Source: Armatimonadota bacterium (GTDB lineage: Bacteria; Sysuimicrobiota; Sysuimicrobiia; Sysuimicrobiales; Humicultoraceae). From it: 64,000 nucleotides of DNA. Location: assembly GCA_016869025.1 (NCBI GenBank), contig VGFA01000006.1, forward strand, positions 16,065-80,064. The letters are read 5' to 3'. The translations under genes were made by a program, and so were the position numbers. This document shows positions 1-9,189 of this stretch, in pieces. Within the stretch, counting starts at the first letter, position 1. Each line of letters begins with the position of its first letter. The notes under the pieces were generated by a model. The model did not search any database. It was not told where the DNA came from and worked only from the letters and a program-made list of their open reading frames with translations.

Positions 1-785
1 TCCTCCACACGCCCGACGTCAACCACCCGCACCGGTACGCCCCCGCGGACAGCCACTATTGTCTGCCCGATCGCCTCCGGGGAGGAGAACCGGCCGACGG
101 TCCTCACGATCCGCCGCTGCGGACCTACGCGCACGTCCCCGCCGGGGTCGCTGGTGCTCTCGGCGCGCAGCGCCTGCGAGACCTCCCGATCGGAGACGCC
201 CAGCGCCTCCAGGCGGCGGGCATCGAGGCGGACCTGGATGATCCTGCTTCGCGTCCCGCGCACGTCCACGTTGGCCACGCCCTCGATCTGTTCCAGGCGC
301 GGGCGGAACTCGTTCTCTGCCAGATCCCGGAGCGCGCTCAGATCTCCACGCCCCTCGATGGCGATCTGTACTACGGGCATCAGGTTTGGGTCGAACTTGG
401 ACAGCCGCGGCGTCTCGGCGCCGGCGGGCAGCCGGCTGCGTACCCGGTCTATCGCTGGGCGCACGTCGTTAGCGGCGGCGGACAGGTCTGTGCCCCACGG
501 GAACCGGAGCGTGATCGAGCTTCGGCCCTCGATCGAGTTGGATGAGATCTCGGTGACGCCCGGCACGGTGCTGAACGTGTTTTCCAGGAGGATCGTGACC
601 TCGCGCTCGACCTCCTGGGGCCCGGCGCCGGAGTAGTTCGTGATCACCGAGAGGGTCGGGTAGGAGATGTCGGGGAGGAGATCCACAGGGAGCCGCACGA
701 AGGCGACCACTCCCAGGAAGGCCAGGGCCAGATACGCCATCGCCGTGGTGACGGGCCTTGCGATGGCGAAGCGCGAAAGATTCAT
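1..785 (-). CDS. RND (AcrB/HAE1-type) efflux permease, N-terminal part; gene continues beyond the left edge
   Basis: Own minus-strand translation from ATG 785-783 gives MNLSRFAIARPVTTAMAYLALA ... PTLSVITNYSGAGPQEVEREVTILLENTFSTVPGVTEISS, a typical RND N-terminus. ATGA start/stop overlap with the adaptor gene at 782-785. Absent from the ORF track because it has no stop inside the window. About 20 codons (roughly 661-719) are out of frame relative to the canonical motif (see finding). Confidence 0.75.
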   Translation of the reverse strand, partial: MNLSRFAIARPVTTAMAYLALAFLGVVAFVRLPVDLLPDISYPTLSVITNYSGAGPQEVEREVTILLENTFSTVPGVTEISSNSIEGRSSITLRFPWGTDLSAAANDVRPAIDRVRSRLPAGAETPRLSKFDPNLMPVVQIAIEGRGDLSALRDLAENEFRPRLEQIEGVANVDVRGTRSRIIQVRLDARRLEALGVSDREVSQALRAESTSDPGGDVRVGPQRRIVRTVGRFSSPEAIGQTIVAVRGGVPVRVVDVGRVE

Positions 786-2059
786 GGCTTCTGCTGGCCG
801 GGGGCGCCGCTACCCGTGCGGACCTTCATCCCGTCGCGGAGCCCTTGCTGGCCCACGGTCACGATCGTCTCGCCCGCGATCAGGCCCTCGACGATCTCGG
901 ACCGGCTGCCCTCAACGTATCCAACAATCACCGGGCGCTCCTCAACGGTGTCGTCCTTGAGCACGAACACGACGGAGGCATCGCCCCTGCGCACGGCGGC
1001 ATCCGAGGGAACCATGATGGCCTGGCGCTCATCGAACACGATTGTAACCCTAGCGAACATGCCGGGGCGCAGCGCGCGGTCGGCGTTTGAAAGCACAACC
1101 ACCGCACGGGCACTGCGCGATCCGGCGTCCAGCGCCGGAGCGGTTCGGGCTATCGTGCCCTCGAACAGACGTCCGGGCAGCGCATCCACCAGGATCTTGG
1201 CCGTGCTTGTCTTGCGCAGCCGAACGAGATCGGTCTCAGGCACGGGCACGTGGACCTCGATGGGCTGGACCCGCGCCACGGTGACGACCACGGTCTGAGT
1301 CGAGATTACCGCGCCGGACTCGACGCCGACGCGGGTGACCACGCCGCTGATCGGTGATGTGATGCGCAGCTCCCGCAGCCGCGCCCGGATCTGGGCGACG
1401 CTCGCCTCTGCCTGCCGGATCGTGGCCTCCTGGGCCTCGACATCCTCGGGGCGCGGGCCGTGCCGGACCAGGGCGAGCTGCTCCCGCGCGCCCCGGAGGC
1501 GTGCCCTGGCCAGCCCAACATCGGTTAGCGCCCGGTCCACCGCCGCCCTTGCCACCAGCCCGTCGGCGAAGAGCTGCTGGGTGCGCGCGAGTTCTCGCTC
1601 GGCCTGCGTCAGGGAGGTCTCGGCCTGGGCAACGGTTGCCTCCACCTGGGCCACCTCAGGCCCGCGCGGCGCGGCCTTCAGTTGAGCCAGGCGGGTACGC
1701 TGCACCTCGACCGAGGCCTCGGCCTGCTTGATGGTCAGCTCGAGCTCGGGATCGTCGAGGCGCGCCACCAAACCGCCGGCCGCAACCACCGTTCCTTCCT
1801 TGACGAGGACCGCGCCAAGCCGCCCAGATACGCGCGAGAATACGTCCACAACGGCCGAGGCGCGCACCTCGCCGGGGAACGTGCTCTGCTCGACCAGGCT
1901 CGTGGGATCCACGGTCTCCGTCCGGACCAGCGGCGCGGGTCGCTGCATCGGCCGCGCCGTCTCCTTGACGGCCGCGCGGCTGGAGATCCACCGTGACGCG
2001 CCGACGATCAGTGCGGCCACCACCACGAGCATCAATACAAACCGGATTGTACGCAACAC
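782..2059 (-). CDS. Efflux RND transporter periplasmic adaptor (HlyD/MFP family)
   Basis: 425-aa ORF with an N-terminal TM helix (FVLMLVVVAALIVGA). It has a long Ala/Glu/Arg-rich coiled-coil hairpin (AEASVEVQRTRLAQLKA...AQAETSLTQAERELART) flanked by beta-barrel-like segments. It is translationally coupled to the downstream RND permease. Confidence 0.85.
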   Translation of the reverse strand: MLRTIRFVLMLVVVAALIVGASRWISSRAAVKETARPMQRPAPLVRTETVDPTSLVEQSTFPGEVRASAVVDVFSRVSGRLGAVLVKEGTVVAAGGLVARLDDPELELTIKQAEASVEVQRTRLAQLKAAPRGPEVAQVEATVAQAETSLTQAERELARTQQLFADGLVARAAVDRALTDVGLARARLRGAREQLALVRHGPRPEDVEAQEATIRQAEASVAQIRARLRELRITSPISGVVTRVGVESGAVISTQTVVVTVARVQPIEVHVPVPETDLVRLRKTSTAKILVDALPGRLFEGTIARTAPALDAGSRSARAVVVLSNADRALRPGMFARVTIVFDERQAIMVPSDAAVRRGDASVVFVLKDDTVEERPVIVGYVEGSRSEIVEGLIAGETIVTVGQQGLRDGMKVRTGSGAPGQQKP

Positions 2060-2100
2060 CCAACCGTCACCCTTGTGAGTAGATTCACGTAGATGCTACG

Positions 2101-2703
2101 ATGTCGGCGAACGGAGGCTTTCCTGCTGCCCCTATGGCGACCGATCAACGTCCAGCCGATTATACACCCACGGGCGCGCGCGCGGCGACCTCTGTCGAAT
2201 ACGCCAGGCGGCTCAGGCACGCCGCGGCCCCTCTCCGAGAACGTGCCGCCCGCATCAAGCACAATCCCGCCACAGGGCAGGCGCCGAGCAACGCCTCGGA
2301 TCTGCCATCCCTCCTGGAAGACGCCGACGAGTTGCTGAGGGCAGTCCAGAAGGGCGCGGACGAGCGGGCGCGGGACGAGGCCGCAATGCGAGATCATGGG
2401 GGAGGTGCCGTGGGAGGTATCGGTGGAGGCGCCATGGGAGGTGCCGGCTCGGAGTCAATCCGTGCTAGGCACGCGGCCATCGAGCAGACCGCGCAGGCCG
2501 CCGCGGTTGCGGTGGACGTGCTCAGGGGTCTGTTCCTGTCTCCCGCATCTTCCACGGGCGCGGTGCTGGATGCGCCCTACGGCCACGGAGCCCCCCTGCG
2601 CCACCACCCCGGGGCGCTCTGCGCAATCATCGCCGAGCATGTCGAGGGCCTCGCAGGAGCGCTCGAGGCCGCGGCAATCATCAAGGCCAACGCAGGCCTC
2701 TGA
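2101..2703 (+). CDS. Hypothetical protein (helical, Gly-rich central linker)
   Basis: 200-aa ORF filling the 620-bp gap between two minus-strand genes. No recognisable motif. Overlaps the 3' end of the GT39 gene by 23 nt. Could still be a high-GC artefact. Confidence 0.4.
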   Translation: MSANGGFPAAPMATDQRPADYTPTGARAATSVEYARRLRHAAAPLRERAARIKHNPATGQAPSNASDLPSLLEDADELLRAVQKGADERARDEAAMRDHGGGAVGGIGGGAMGGAGSESIRARHAAIEQTAQAAAVAVDVLRGLFLSPASSTGAVLDAPYGHGAPLRHHPGALCAIIAEHVEGLAGALEAAAIIKANAGL

Positions 2704-4111
2704 AGCCGAAGCCCGGATAGAGCAGGACCTCGCGGTCCTTCGCCACGGGCACCACCGTGGGAGAGCCCAGGCGCCCGAACGCGTCCGGAAGGCGGTCCTT
2801 GGGCGCAGCGCTGGGATGGTGCATGTAGACGCCGCTGCGCCCCAACCAAGGCCCCGGGGGCTCCCACAGGTCGAACCCCCTGAAGGGCAGAACCACCGGC
2901 GCGCTGTTGCGCAGGGCATAGATGAGCTGGCTCCCTGTTTGGTACGTCTCGGCCAGAACGAAGACCGCACCATCTGGGCCCTGCTCCTTGAGCAGCCGCG
3001 TCACCTCGATCGCGACCCTGGGCCAGCTCTGCGCCTCGGCGTGGAACAGACGCAGCGCCGGGTTGGGCACGCCGGCCAGGGCGACGATCGCCAGCGTGAA
3101 CGCCGCGCTGCTGACTACCGCGCCGCGTAGCGCGCGCTGCGGCCTCCAGGTATCCCACAATCCGGCTGCCGCGACCACCGCGGCCATGAGCGCCGGGCCC
3201 GTGTAGTGGGGCTTGGCCAGCGCGCGGAGGCTGCCCGCGACCATCAGCGCCAGCGTGGGCAGGGTGCACCAGAGGAGAAACGCAAACCTCTCGTCGCCGC
3301 GCACCCTCCTGGCCGCGCCAACCAGGCCCGCGACAAGTACCGCGAATCCCAACGGTGCGAAGAAGAGAAACTGCGAACCCAGGTACACCGCGAGGTTGCC
3401 CAGCGGCGTCGTGGGCGCGATCCAGGGATCAATGACCCCTGCGCGCGCAATCGTGGCCCATCCATGCGTAAGGTTCCACCAGGCCAGGGGCGCCAGCACA
3501 GTCGCTCCTGCCAGAACTGCCAGATACGGACTAGGGGTGCTCAACCATCGGCGCCCCGAGGGCGTGGCCAGGACGAACCCTGCCAGGGAGAGCGCGAGCG
3601 CACCGCCGGCGAGCTTGCTCTGGATGACCAACCCGATCGCGGCACCTGCGGCCGGCCACGCCCATCGGCTACCGCGTGTGGCCTCCCACATCAGCAGCAT
3701 CGCCAGTAACCAGAAGAACCCGAACGGTCCATCCGGGGCCGCGATGATGCCGCCGACCGCGAATGCGGGCAGGATCGCAAAGAGCACCGCCGCACGCAGT
3801 CCGGCCGAGGGCCCGAAGAGACCGCGCGCCAGCGCGTAGATGGTCAGTGTGGACGCGGCGCCCAGCATCAGGGGGAAGAACCGGACCGCCGGCACCGAGT
3901 CGCCCAGCAGGCGCGTGCTTGCGGCCACGAGGCCCGCGATCATAGGTGGATGGTCCGGGTAGCCCCACATCAGGTGCCTGGACCAGACCCAGTAGTGGGC
4001 TTCGTCGTCCAGGATCGGCACACCGAAGGCCGCGGCGGTTCTGATCAGCGTGGAAACGATGATGACGGCCAGCAGACCCCGGGTAGAGGCGTCCATTTTC
4101 ACAGTTCTCAC
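2681..4111 (-). CDS. Glycosyltransferase family 39 (ArnT/PMT-like) polytopic membrane protein
   Basis: 476-aa multi-TM ORF with the N-terminal signature LDDEAHYWVWSRHLMWGYPDHPPM typical of the ArnT/dolichyl-phosphate-mannose transferase superfamily. GTGA start/stop overlap with the upstream UDG gene (4108-4111). Confidence 0.8.
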   Translation of the reverse strand: MRTVKMDASTRGLLAVIIVSTLIRTAAAFGVPILDDEAHYWVWSRHLMWGYPDHPPMIAGLVAASTRLLGDSVPAVRFFPLMLGAASTLTIYALARGLFGPSAGLRAAVLFAILPAFAVGGIIAAPDGPFGFFWLLAMLLMWEATRGSRWAWPAAGAAIGLVIQSKLAGGALALSLAGFVLATPSGRRWLSTPSPYLAVLAGATVLAPLAWWNLTHGWATIARAGVIDPWIAPTTPLGNLAVYLGSQFLFFAPLGFAVLVAGLVGAARRVRGDERFAFLLWCTLPTLALMVAGSLRALAKPHYTGPALMAAVVAAAGLWDTWRPQRALRGAVVSSAAFTLAIVALAGVPNPALRLFHAEAQSWPRVAIEVTRLLKEQGPDGAVFVLAETYQTGSQLIYALRNSAPVVLPFRGFDLWEPPGPWLGRSGVYMHHPSAAPKDRLPDAFGRLGSPTVVPVAKDREVLLYPGFGFRGLRWP

Positions 4112-4854
4112 GCTGATCTTCCGGCGCGCAGGACTGCCTGGCGCATCACCCGATTGAGCATTTCAGCGGTCAGCCTTCCGGTCTGGGTGTTCTGACGGCT
4201 CGGATGATAAGAAGCGAGCAGTACAATCGGACGAGCGCCCGGCCCAGCGACCGGTCGCGCTACTGGCCCAGCACGTGGCCGCGCGATCAGGGCCGCCGCC
4301 CCGTGCGCGAACACGGGCCGCGGATGCGGCCGCTGCCATTCGAGGTCCGCGGCCGCGCGCAGCACCGCATCAAACGCAACCCGCCCTAGCGCGACGATCA
4401 CCCGCAGGCCACGCAGAAGCCGGAGCTCCTGGGCCAGGAACACACGGCAGGCATCCAGTTCCTCTGGGAGCGGCCTGTTACCCGGCGGCGCGCATCGGGC
4501 CGCGGAGGCAAGATACGCGAAGCGCAGACGCAGCCCATCGTCGCGGTGCTCCGAGGTGGGCTGGGAGGCCAGGCCTGCCCGGTGCAGCGCCGCGGTCAGG
4601 AACTCCCCGGAGCCGTCGCCGGTGAACATGCGCCCGGTACGGTTGGCGCCGTGCGCGGCCGGGGCGAGGCCTACCAGCAGGATGCGGGCGCGCGGATCAC
4701 CGACCCCGGGCACCGGCCGGCCCCAATAGTCCCACGAGCTGTACTTCGGCCTGCGCAGCCGGGCTACGGCTTCCCTGTAGGCCACGAGCCGCGGGCATCG
4801 GCGGCATGCAACAATGGCGGAGTTGAGCGCGGCGAGAGATGAATAGCGGGCCAT
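4108..4854 (-). CDS. Uracil-DNA glycosylase, family 4/5 type (Fe-S UDG; GLAPAAHG motif suggests family 5)
   Basis: Motifs CRRCPRL (Fe-S Cys cluster), LLVGLAPAAHGANRTGRMFTGD (motif A without the family-4 Glu) and SYHPSRQNT (motif B). Confidence 0.85.
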   Translation of the reverse strand: MARYSSLAALNSAIVACRRCPRLVAYREAVARLRRPKYSSWDYWGRPVPGVGDPRARILLVGLAPAAHGANRTGRMFTGDGSGEFLTAALHRAGLASQPTSEHRDDGLRLRFAYLASAARCAPPGNRPLPEELDACRVFLAQELRLLRGLRVIVALGRVAFDAVLRAAADLEWQRPHPRPVFAHGAAALIARPRAGPVARPVAGPGARPIVLLASYHPSRQNTQTGRLTAEMLNRVMRQAVLRAGRSA

Positions 4855-4861
4855 GGCTTCC

Positions 4862-4891
4862 TTGACGCTAGTTTTCGCACGGACCTATAAT
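4862..4891 (+). promoter_or_regulatory. Sigma-70-like promoter for tRNA-Val
   Basis: TTGACG (4862-4867), 18-nt spacer, TATAAT (4886-4891), located 18 nt upstream of the tRNA 5' end. Confidence 0.5.
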
Positions 4892-4909
4892 ATTCCTTGC
4901 CGTCTTCGT

Positions 4910-4984
4910 GGGCGGTTAGCTCAGTGGAAGAGCGCATCCTTCACACGGATGAGGCCGCAGGTTCAAAACCTGCACCGCCCACCA
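4910..4984 (+). tRNA. tRNA-Val (anticodon CAC), CCA encoded
   Basis: Hand-folded cloverleaf: acceptor GGGCGGT/ACCGCCC, D arm GCTC/GAGC, anticodon stem CATCC/GGATG with loop TTCACAC, T arm GCAGG-TTCAAAA-CCTGC, discriminator A, CCA. Confidence 0.95.
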
Positions 4985-4997
4985 CCCCTGGAGGTTC

Positions 4998-6104
4998 GTG
5001 ATGACTGACCCACGCCTCGCCAGACTCGCTGACGTATTGATTCACTACTCCCTGAAGGTGCGGCCGGGCCAGCTCGTCCGCGTCTCCGGCCCGGCGCTGG
5101 CCGCGCCGCTCATTGCCGAGGCGTATCGAACGGCCCTGGAGGCCGGCGCGCACGTCCACACGCGCGTAAACGTTGATGGCCTCGACGAGCTGTTCTTCAA
5201 GAAGGCCACCGATGAGCAGTTGAGGTTCGTCTCTCCCTTGCTTGAGTACGAGGTCGAAAGGATTGACGCCGAACTTGGGATCTGGGCGCACTACAACACC
5301 CGGTCCCTGACCGGCGTTGACCCTGCCCGCCAGGCCATCCGCCGCGAGGCAACCCGCGCGTTGAACCGGCGGTTCCTCGAGCGAGCCGCGGAAGGAGCGC
5401 TGCGCTGGTGCGGCACCCAGTATCCCACGCACGCCGACGCCCAGGACGCCGAGATGTCGCTGTCCGAATACGAGGAGTTCGTGTTTGGCGCGGGCCTGAT
5501 CGACCATCCTGATCCTGTCGCGGCATGGGAGAAGGTGCAGCGGGAGCAGGAGCGCATCGTGCGCTTGCTGGAGACGAGAGACGAGCTGCGGCTGACGGGC
5601 CCGGACGTTGACCTTACCGTGCGCACCGGGGGCCGCCGGTGGATCAACGCGGCGGGCGAGCACAACTTCCCCGACGGCGAGGTCTTCACCGCACCGCTTG
5701 AGAACGCCACGGCCGGCCGTGTGCGGTTCTCGTTTCCGGCCATCTACAGCGGGCGGGAGGTGCATGGGATCACCTTGACCTTCTCCGAAGGGCGCGTGGT
5801 TGAGGCAACGGCCGAGAAGGGCGAGGAGTTCCTGCGCGCGATGCTGGATCTCGACGCCGGAGCGCGCGTGCTCGGGGAGTTCGCCTTCGGTCTGAACTAC
5901 GGCATTGCCCGGTTCACGAAGAACATCCTGTTCGACGAGAAGATCGGGGGCACCGTGCACCTGGCCGTGGGCGCGGCCTATCCCGAGACCGGAGGCACCA
6001 ACACCTCAGGGCTGCACTGGGACATGATCTGTGACATGCGGGCCGGGAGCGAGGTCTGGGCCGACGGCGAGGTGATCTACCGGAACGGGTCCTTCGTGGT
6101 ATAG
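4998..6104 (+). CDS. Aminopeptidase, M29 (AmpS/PepS thermophilic metalloprotease) family
   Basis: 368-aa ORF. N-terminus LADVLIHYSLKVRPGQLVRVSG and C-terminus GGTVHLAVGAAYPETGGTNTSGLHWDMICDM match the M29 family pattern. Confidence 0.9.
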   Translation: MMTDPRLARLADVLIHYSLKVRPGQLVRVSGPALAAPLIAEAYRTALEAGAHVHTRVNVDGLDELFFKKATDEQLRFVSPLLEYEVERIDAELGIWAHYNTRSLTGVDPARQAIRREATRALNRRFLERAAEGALRWCGTQYPTHADAQDAEMSLSEYEEFVFGAGLIDHPDPVAAWEKVQREQERIVRLLETRDELRLTGPDVDLTVRTGGRRWINAAGEHNFPDGEVFTAPLENATAGRVRFSFPAIYSGREVHGITLTFSEGRVVEATAEKGEEFLRAMLDLDAGARVLGEFAFGLNYGIARFTKNILFDEKIGGTVHLAVGAAYPETGGTNTSGLHWDMICDMRAGSEVWADGEVIYRNGSFVV

Positions 6105-6115
6105 GGGCGGGCTCG

Positions 6116-6388
6116 CTACGAGCGCTCGATGTCCTCTATCAGCTCATCAAACAGCAGGCGGGTTTCCTCCCTGACCTGATCGGCCATCTCGGCGTAGCGC
6201 TGGTGTTCCATTGCCTTGGTATGGATGTTGTTCAGCATGTTGGCTTCGATCTCGCGCAGGAACGCGACGACGTCGCTTCGCGGGAACTCGCCGAACTCCC
6301 TGTTCCTGAGCCGGCGCACGAACTCGTCGAAGTCCCGCATCTCGACCTGACAGAGCTGCTCGTAGATCTCCCATAGCCGCTCAGTCAT
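6116..6388 (-). CDS. Hypothetical small helical acidic protein
   Basis: ORF 6116..6448. The internal ATG at 6388 is preceded by GGGAG 7 nt upstream, so MTERLWEIYEQL... is the likely start. No family recognised. Confidence 0.5.
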   Translation of the reverse strand: MTERLWEIYEQLCQVEMRDFDEFVRRLRNREFGEFPRSDVVAFLREIEANMLNNIHTKAMEHQRYAEMADQVREETRLLFDELIEDIERS

Positions 6389-6518
6389 CACGAACTCCCA
6401 AGACAGTTCTTGTGGCGATGTTCGCGCGTGCCCTCTGTATTCCTTCATGCCAGACTGCGGTCCGGCGCTGCCGCACCTACCTACCCACCCACCGCCCTGG
6501 TGCGGAAGCGGCCGGGTT

Positions 6519-6527
6519 TGCTACAAT
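6519..6527 (+). promoter_or_regulatory. Extended -10 promoter element (TGcTACAAT) for tRNA-Thr
   Basis: TG at 6519-6520 and TACAAT at 6522-6527, 12 nt upstream of the tRNA 5' end. No good -35 element. Confidence 0.4.
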
Positions 6528-6539
6528 GAGATCGGCCGG

Positions 6540-6614
6540 GCCGGCGTAGCTCAGTGGTAGAGCAGCGCACTCGTAATGCGCAGGTCACGAGTTCGAATCT
6601 CGTCGCCGGCTCCA
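6540..6614 (+). tRNA. tRNA-Thr (anticodon CGT), CCA encoded
   Basis: Hand-folded: acceptor GCCGGCG/CGCCGGC, D arm GCTC/GAGC, anticodon stem GCGCA/TGCGC with loop CTCGTAA, T arm ACGAG-TTCGAAT-CTCGT, discriminator T, CCA. Confidence 0.95.
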
Positions 6615-6616
6615 GG
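6596..6616 (+). repeat. Direct repeat copy 1 (tRNA-Thr 3' end; attL-like)
   Basis: AATCTCGTCGCCGGCTCCAGG at 6596-6616 is identical to 9486-9506. Confidence 0.75.
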
Positions 6617-6979
6617 ATTGGATTTCAGTCACTGCCCTCCTGCCAGTCACCCTCCTGCTAGCCGATCTTTCCCCTCGTGGCGCCCGCAGATTGCGCGCAG
6701 GGCGTGCTCGTCCCCAGCGAGAATGGGTACAATAAGGGCGGGTAGAAGTGCGGAGCCTGCCGATGACTATGGTAGGGTGCGGAGTTTCGCGAAAGGCTCC
6801 AGGCAGGAAGTCCGGTGCCCACGACGTATTAGGATGAACGGTCAAGATGTCAGGCACGTCATAGCGGGTATTGCGCGATTTCCAGGCAGATAGGGAACAG
6901 ATTGCGCGACCAGGCCGTTAAACGTAATGCAATGCTTGCTTCGCGGGGGTAATGCGATCATCCTGAGGGAGGGATTACG

Positions 6980-7345
6980 ATGAGCGCCATCCTCGCGAAA
7001 GACATCAAGAGGGCGAAGGCATTTCACAGCAACCCCCCCGGTTGGTCTGTTGAGCCATCAGGTGCTGAGGAGATCATGACTGCACGATTTCTGTTTGCCG
7101 ACCCTTCGTTTCTTACGGGCATGGCTCGTGTGCTTGACTTGACGGGCCAGTTCGACGAGTACAACACGAGCATCACACCCGAGGAAGCCGACGCAAGAGC
7201 ATTCTGGAGTGACTGGATTGTGGTCGGTCATGACTTGAGGGATGCGTTCGAGCGATTCTCCGCACAATCTTCTGGGCCTGCGGAAGTCAACACGCATCGC
7301 GCTGGCTCTCGACACGAGCAAACACTTCTGCCGCTGCGGCGGTGA
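6980..7345 (+). CDS. Hypothetical protein (island cargo)
   Basis: 121-aa ORF with a strong RBS (GGAGGG 6 nt before the ATG). No motif recognised. GTGA overlap with the next ORF. Confidence 0.45.
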   Translation: MSAILAKDIKRAKAFHSNPPGWSVEPSGAEEIMTARFLFADPSFLTGMARVLDLTGQFDEYNTSITPEEADARAFWSDWIVVGHDLRDAFERFSAQSSGPAEVNTHRAGSRHEQTLLPLRR

Positions 7346-7896
7346 GTGCATTAGAACTGCGGCGTCATACCGGGTTCACCGTGGGCGACGAAGATACGCG
7401 TAGGGACGAGGCTGCAGAGAGGGCTGGTACCGGCCCGGCGGAGGTTCAGCGAGCACCCGCCGCCGGCACTGCGCAACAGCCTGTATCAGCGCACAAAGGA
7501 CAAGTAGTGAGGCTGATGGAGGCAACTTACGCCGGGCCTCTTCCGCCTCCTGATATGTTGGAGCAGTATAATCGTGCCTTTCCTGGCTGTGCCGAGCGCA
7601 TTGTCAAGATGGCCGAAGAGCAAGGGCATCATCGTCAGGCGCTTGAGAGGGTTGTCATCGAATCGAAGATTCAGAACGAGAGGCGAGGCCAGTGGTTCGC
7701 GTTCATCCTCGGTATGGCCGGCATTGCTGGAGCGGTTTACCTCGTCACCATCGGGAAATCTCTCGAAGGCTTCGGTGTCTTTCTGCTTAGCCTCGGCAGT
7801 CTTGTCGGCGCATTCCTTGTCGCACAGCGCCGGCAGGCGAGGGAGTTAGAAGACAAGCGCAGAGACATCGAGGCCGCCCGCGCGCGCGGTGGATGA
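7342..7896 (+). CDS. DUF2335-type membrane protein (phage/island associated)
   Basis: Core GPLPPPDMLEQYNRAFPGCAERIVKMAEEQGHHRQALE followed by two TM helices (WFAFILGMAGIAGAVYLV, FGVFLLSLGSLVGAFLVA) is the DUF2335 pattern. The start codon is uncertain: GTG 7342 or ATG 7516. Confidence 0.65.
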   Translation: MSALELRRHTGFTVGDEDTRRDEAAERAGTGPAEVQRAPAAGTAQQPVSAHKGQVVRLMEATYAGPLPPPDMLEQYNRAFPGCAERIVKMAEEQGHHRQALERVVIESKIQNERRGQWFAFILGMAGIAGAVYLVTIGKSLEGFGVFLLSLGSLVGAFLVAQRRQARELEDKRRDIEAARARGG

Positions 7897-8063
7897 CCTC
7901 CCGCAGCATCAGTCTGTCAGACTTCTCTCCATCGCCGAAGCTGCGCTGATGTAGTCGCCTTCCTGTTCGCTTCCACGCCCAGGCGCCCCAGCTCTGAGCG
8001 ACCTGGACCGATGGCGGGCAGGAGACCGCCGGCAATCACCGGGACACCGGAGCCTGTGGGTGC

Positions 8064-8938
8064 TTGGCCAAAGAGACCCAGTTTACGTTCCGTCTCCAAA
8101 CAGGGCATGATATACCCACTGTGGTGACGAATCGTCAAGTCCAGGCGCTCACAACCGAGGATTTCCTCGCGCAACACCCGGTATTCACGCTGGAGCAACT
8201 GGCTGGCGCCATGGGCCGGGGGAAGGACACCGCAGCGGCCCTGGAACGGGTCAAGCACCATCTGCGCCAGGGGCGCCTGAAGCGGGTGGCCAAGGAGCTC
8301 TACGCGGCGGTGCCTCGCGGGATGTCTTCCGATGATTTCGTCCCGGATCGCTACCTCGTCGCCGCCGCCGCCCGAGCGGACGGGATCCTGTCCCACCATG
8401 CCGCGCTCGAACTTCTCGGCGTGGCGCACAGCGAGGCGAACGTGTGCACGGCGCTCTGCTCCGCCAGACGGTTCCAATCCGGGTTGGAAGCGGGGGGATC
8501 CGGTTCCTTCCCCATCCCACGGCTCTTCGTCGAGCGCGGGCCGAGCGTCTCGGTGTGCGGCGCCAGGAGCGAATGGGGAGACCCCTCCACGTCACGGGGC
8601 CAGAGCGCACACTCGTCGATGGCTTCCGCCAGCCTCGCCTCGTAGGGGGAGTGGAGGAACTCGTCGAATCCGCCGCGGGCTTCGGGGTGCTCGACCTGGA
8701 TCTCCTGGAGGAAGTCCTGGCGGTCTGCCGGCAGAAGGCCCTGTGGGCGTGCGTGGGCTGGTTCCTCGAGCGGCACCGAGAGCGGTTCTTCGTGCCCGAG
8801 GGGGTTCTGGCCCGCCTCGAAGGGAAGCGGCCGCGTTCCCCGCACTACGTGCCGCGGGGACGGCGCGGCGGCGTGCTGTCCCGGCGGTGGAACCTGGTCC
8901 TGCCTGAGGGTCTGTCCCGGGGCTGGGAAGGCGCATGA
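8064..8938 (+). pseudogene. AbiEi-family (type IV TA antitoxin/regulator) gene, frameshifted
   Basis: The N-terminal half (frame of 8064) reads LAQHPVFTLEQLAGAMG...ELYAAVP...LVAAAARADGILSHHAALELLGVAH. The C-terminal half continues only in the frame of ORF 8444..8938 (LHVTGPERTLVDGFRQPRLVGGVEELVES...). The frame switch lies around 8440-8470. Confidence 0.7.
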
Positions 8939-9063
8939 ACGTCGAGCGAGCAACGCTGGGCCGGCTGGTGGCCGAGACCGAGTTCGCCATGCAGCGGCCC
9001 ACGCTCGAAGGCGGAGCCGGGCACGGAGGAGGCTGGATGCCGGTGGGAGCACCCGATGAATGA
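8935..9063 (+). pseudogene. 42-codon stub at the position of an AbiEii toxin gene (remnant)
   Basis: ATGA overlap with the AbiEi stop at 8935-8938, the same arrangement as the intact pair at 49458-49461. It reads MNVERATLGRLVAETEFAMQRPTLEG..., then stops at 9061-9063. Confidence 0.4.
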
Positions 9064-9189
9064 AGGAGCGGGGGCGGCGTCTAACTATCGCTTACGGCGA
9101 GCCGGGGCTCGCGCTGCTTGCTTGTCCCTCGGCGTCTCCCCGCAAGTTAGGCGTCTCCATCCGGGTCGCGAAACGATGCAGGGATCTCG

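Noticed and set aside
7033-7039. C7 homopolymer inside ORF 6980..7345 as a phase-variation switch
   Set aside because: It is a single short tract in a gene of unknown function, with no evidence of variability from one sequence. It is equally a likely sequencing-error hotspot.
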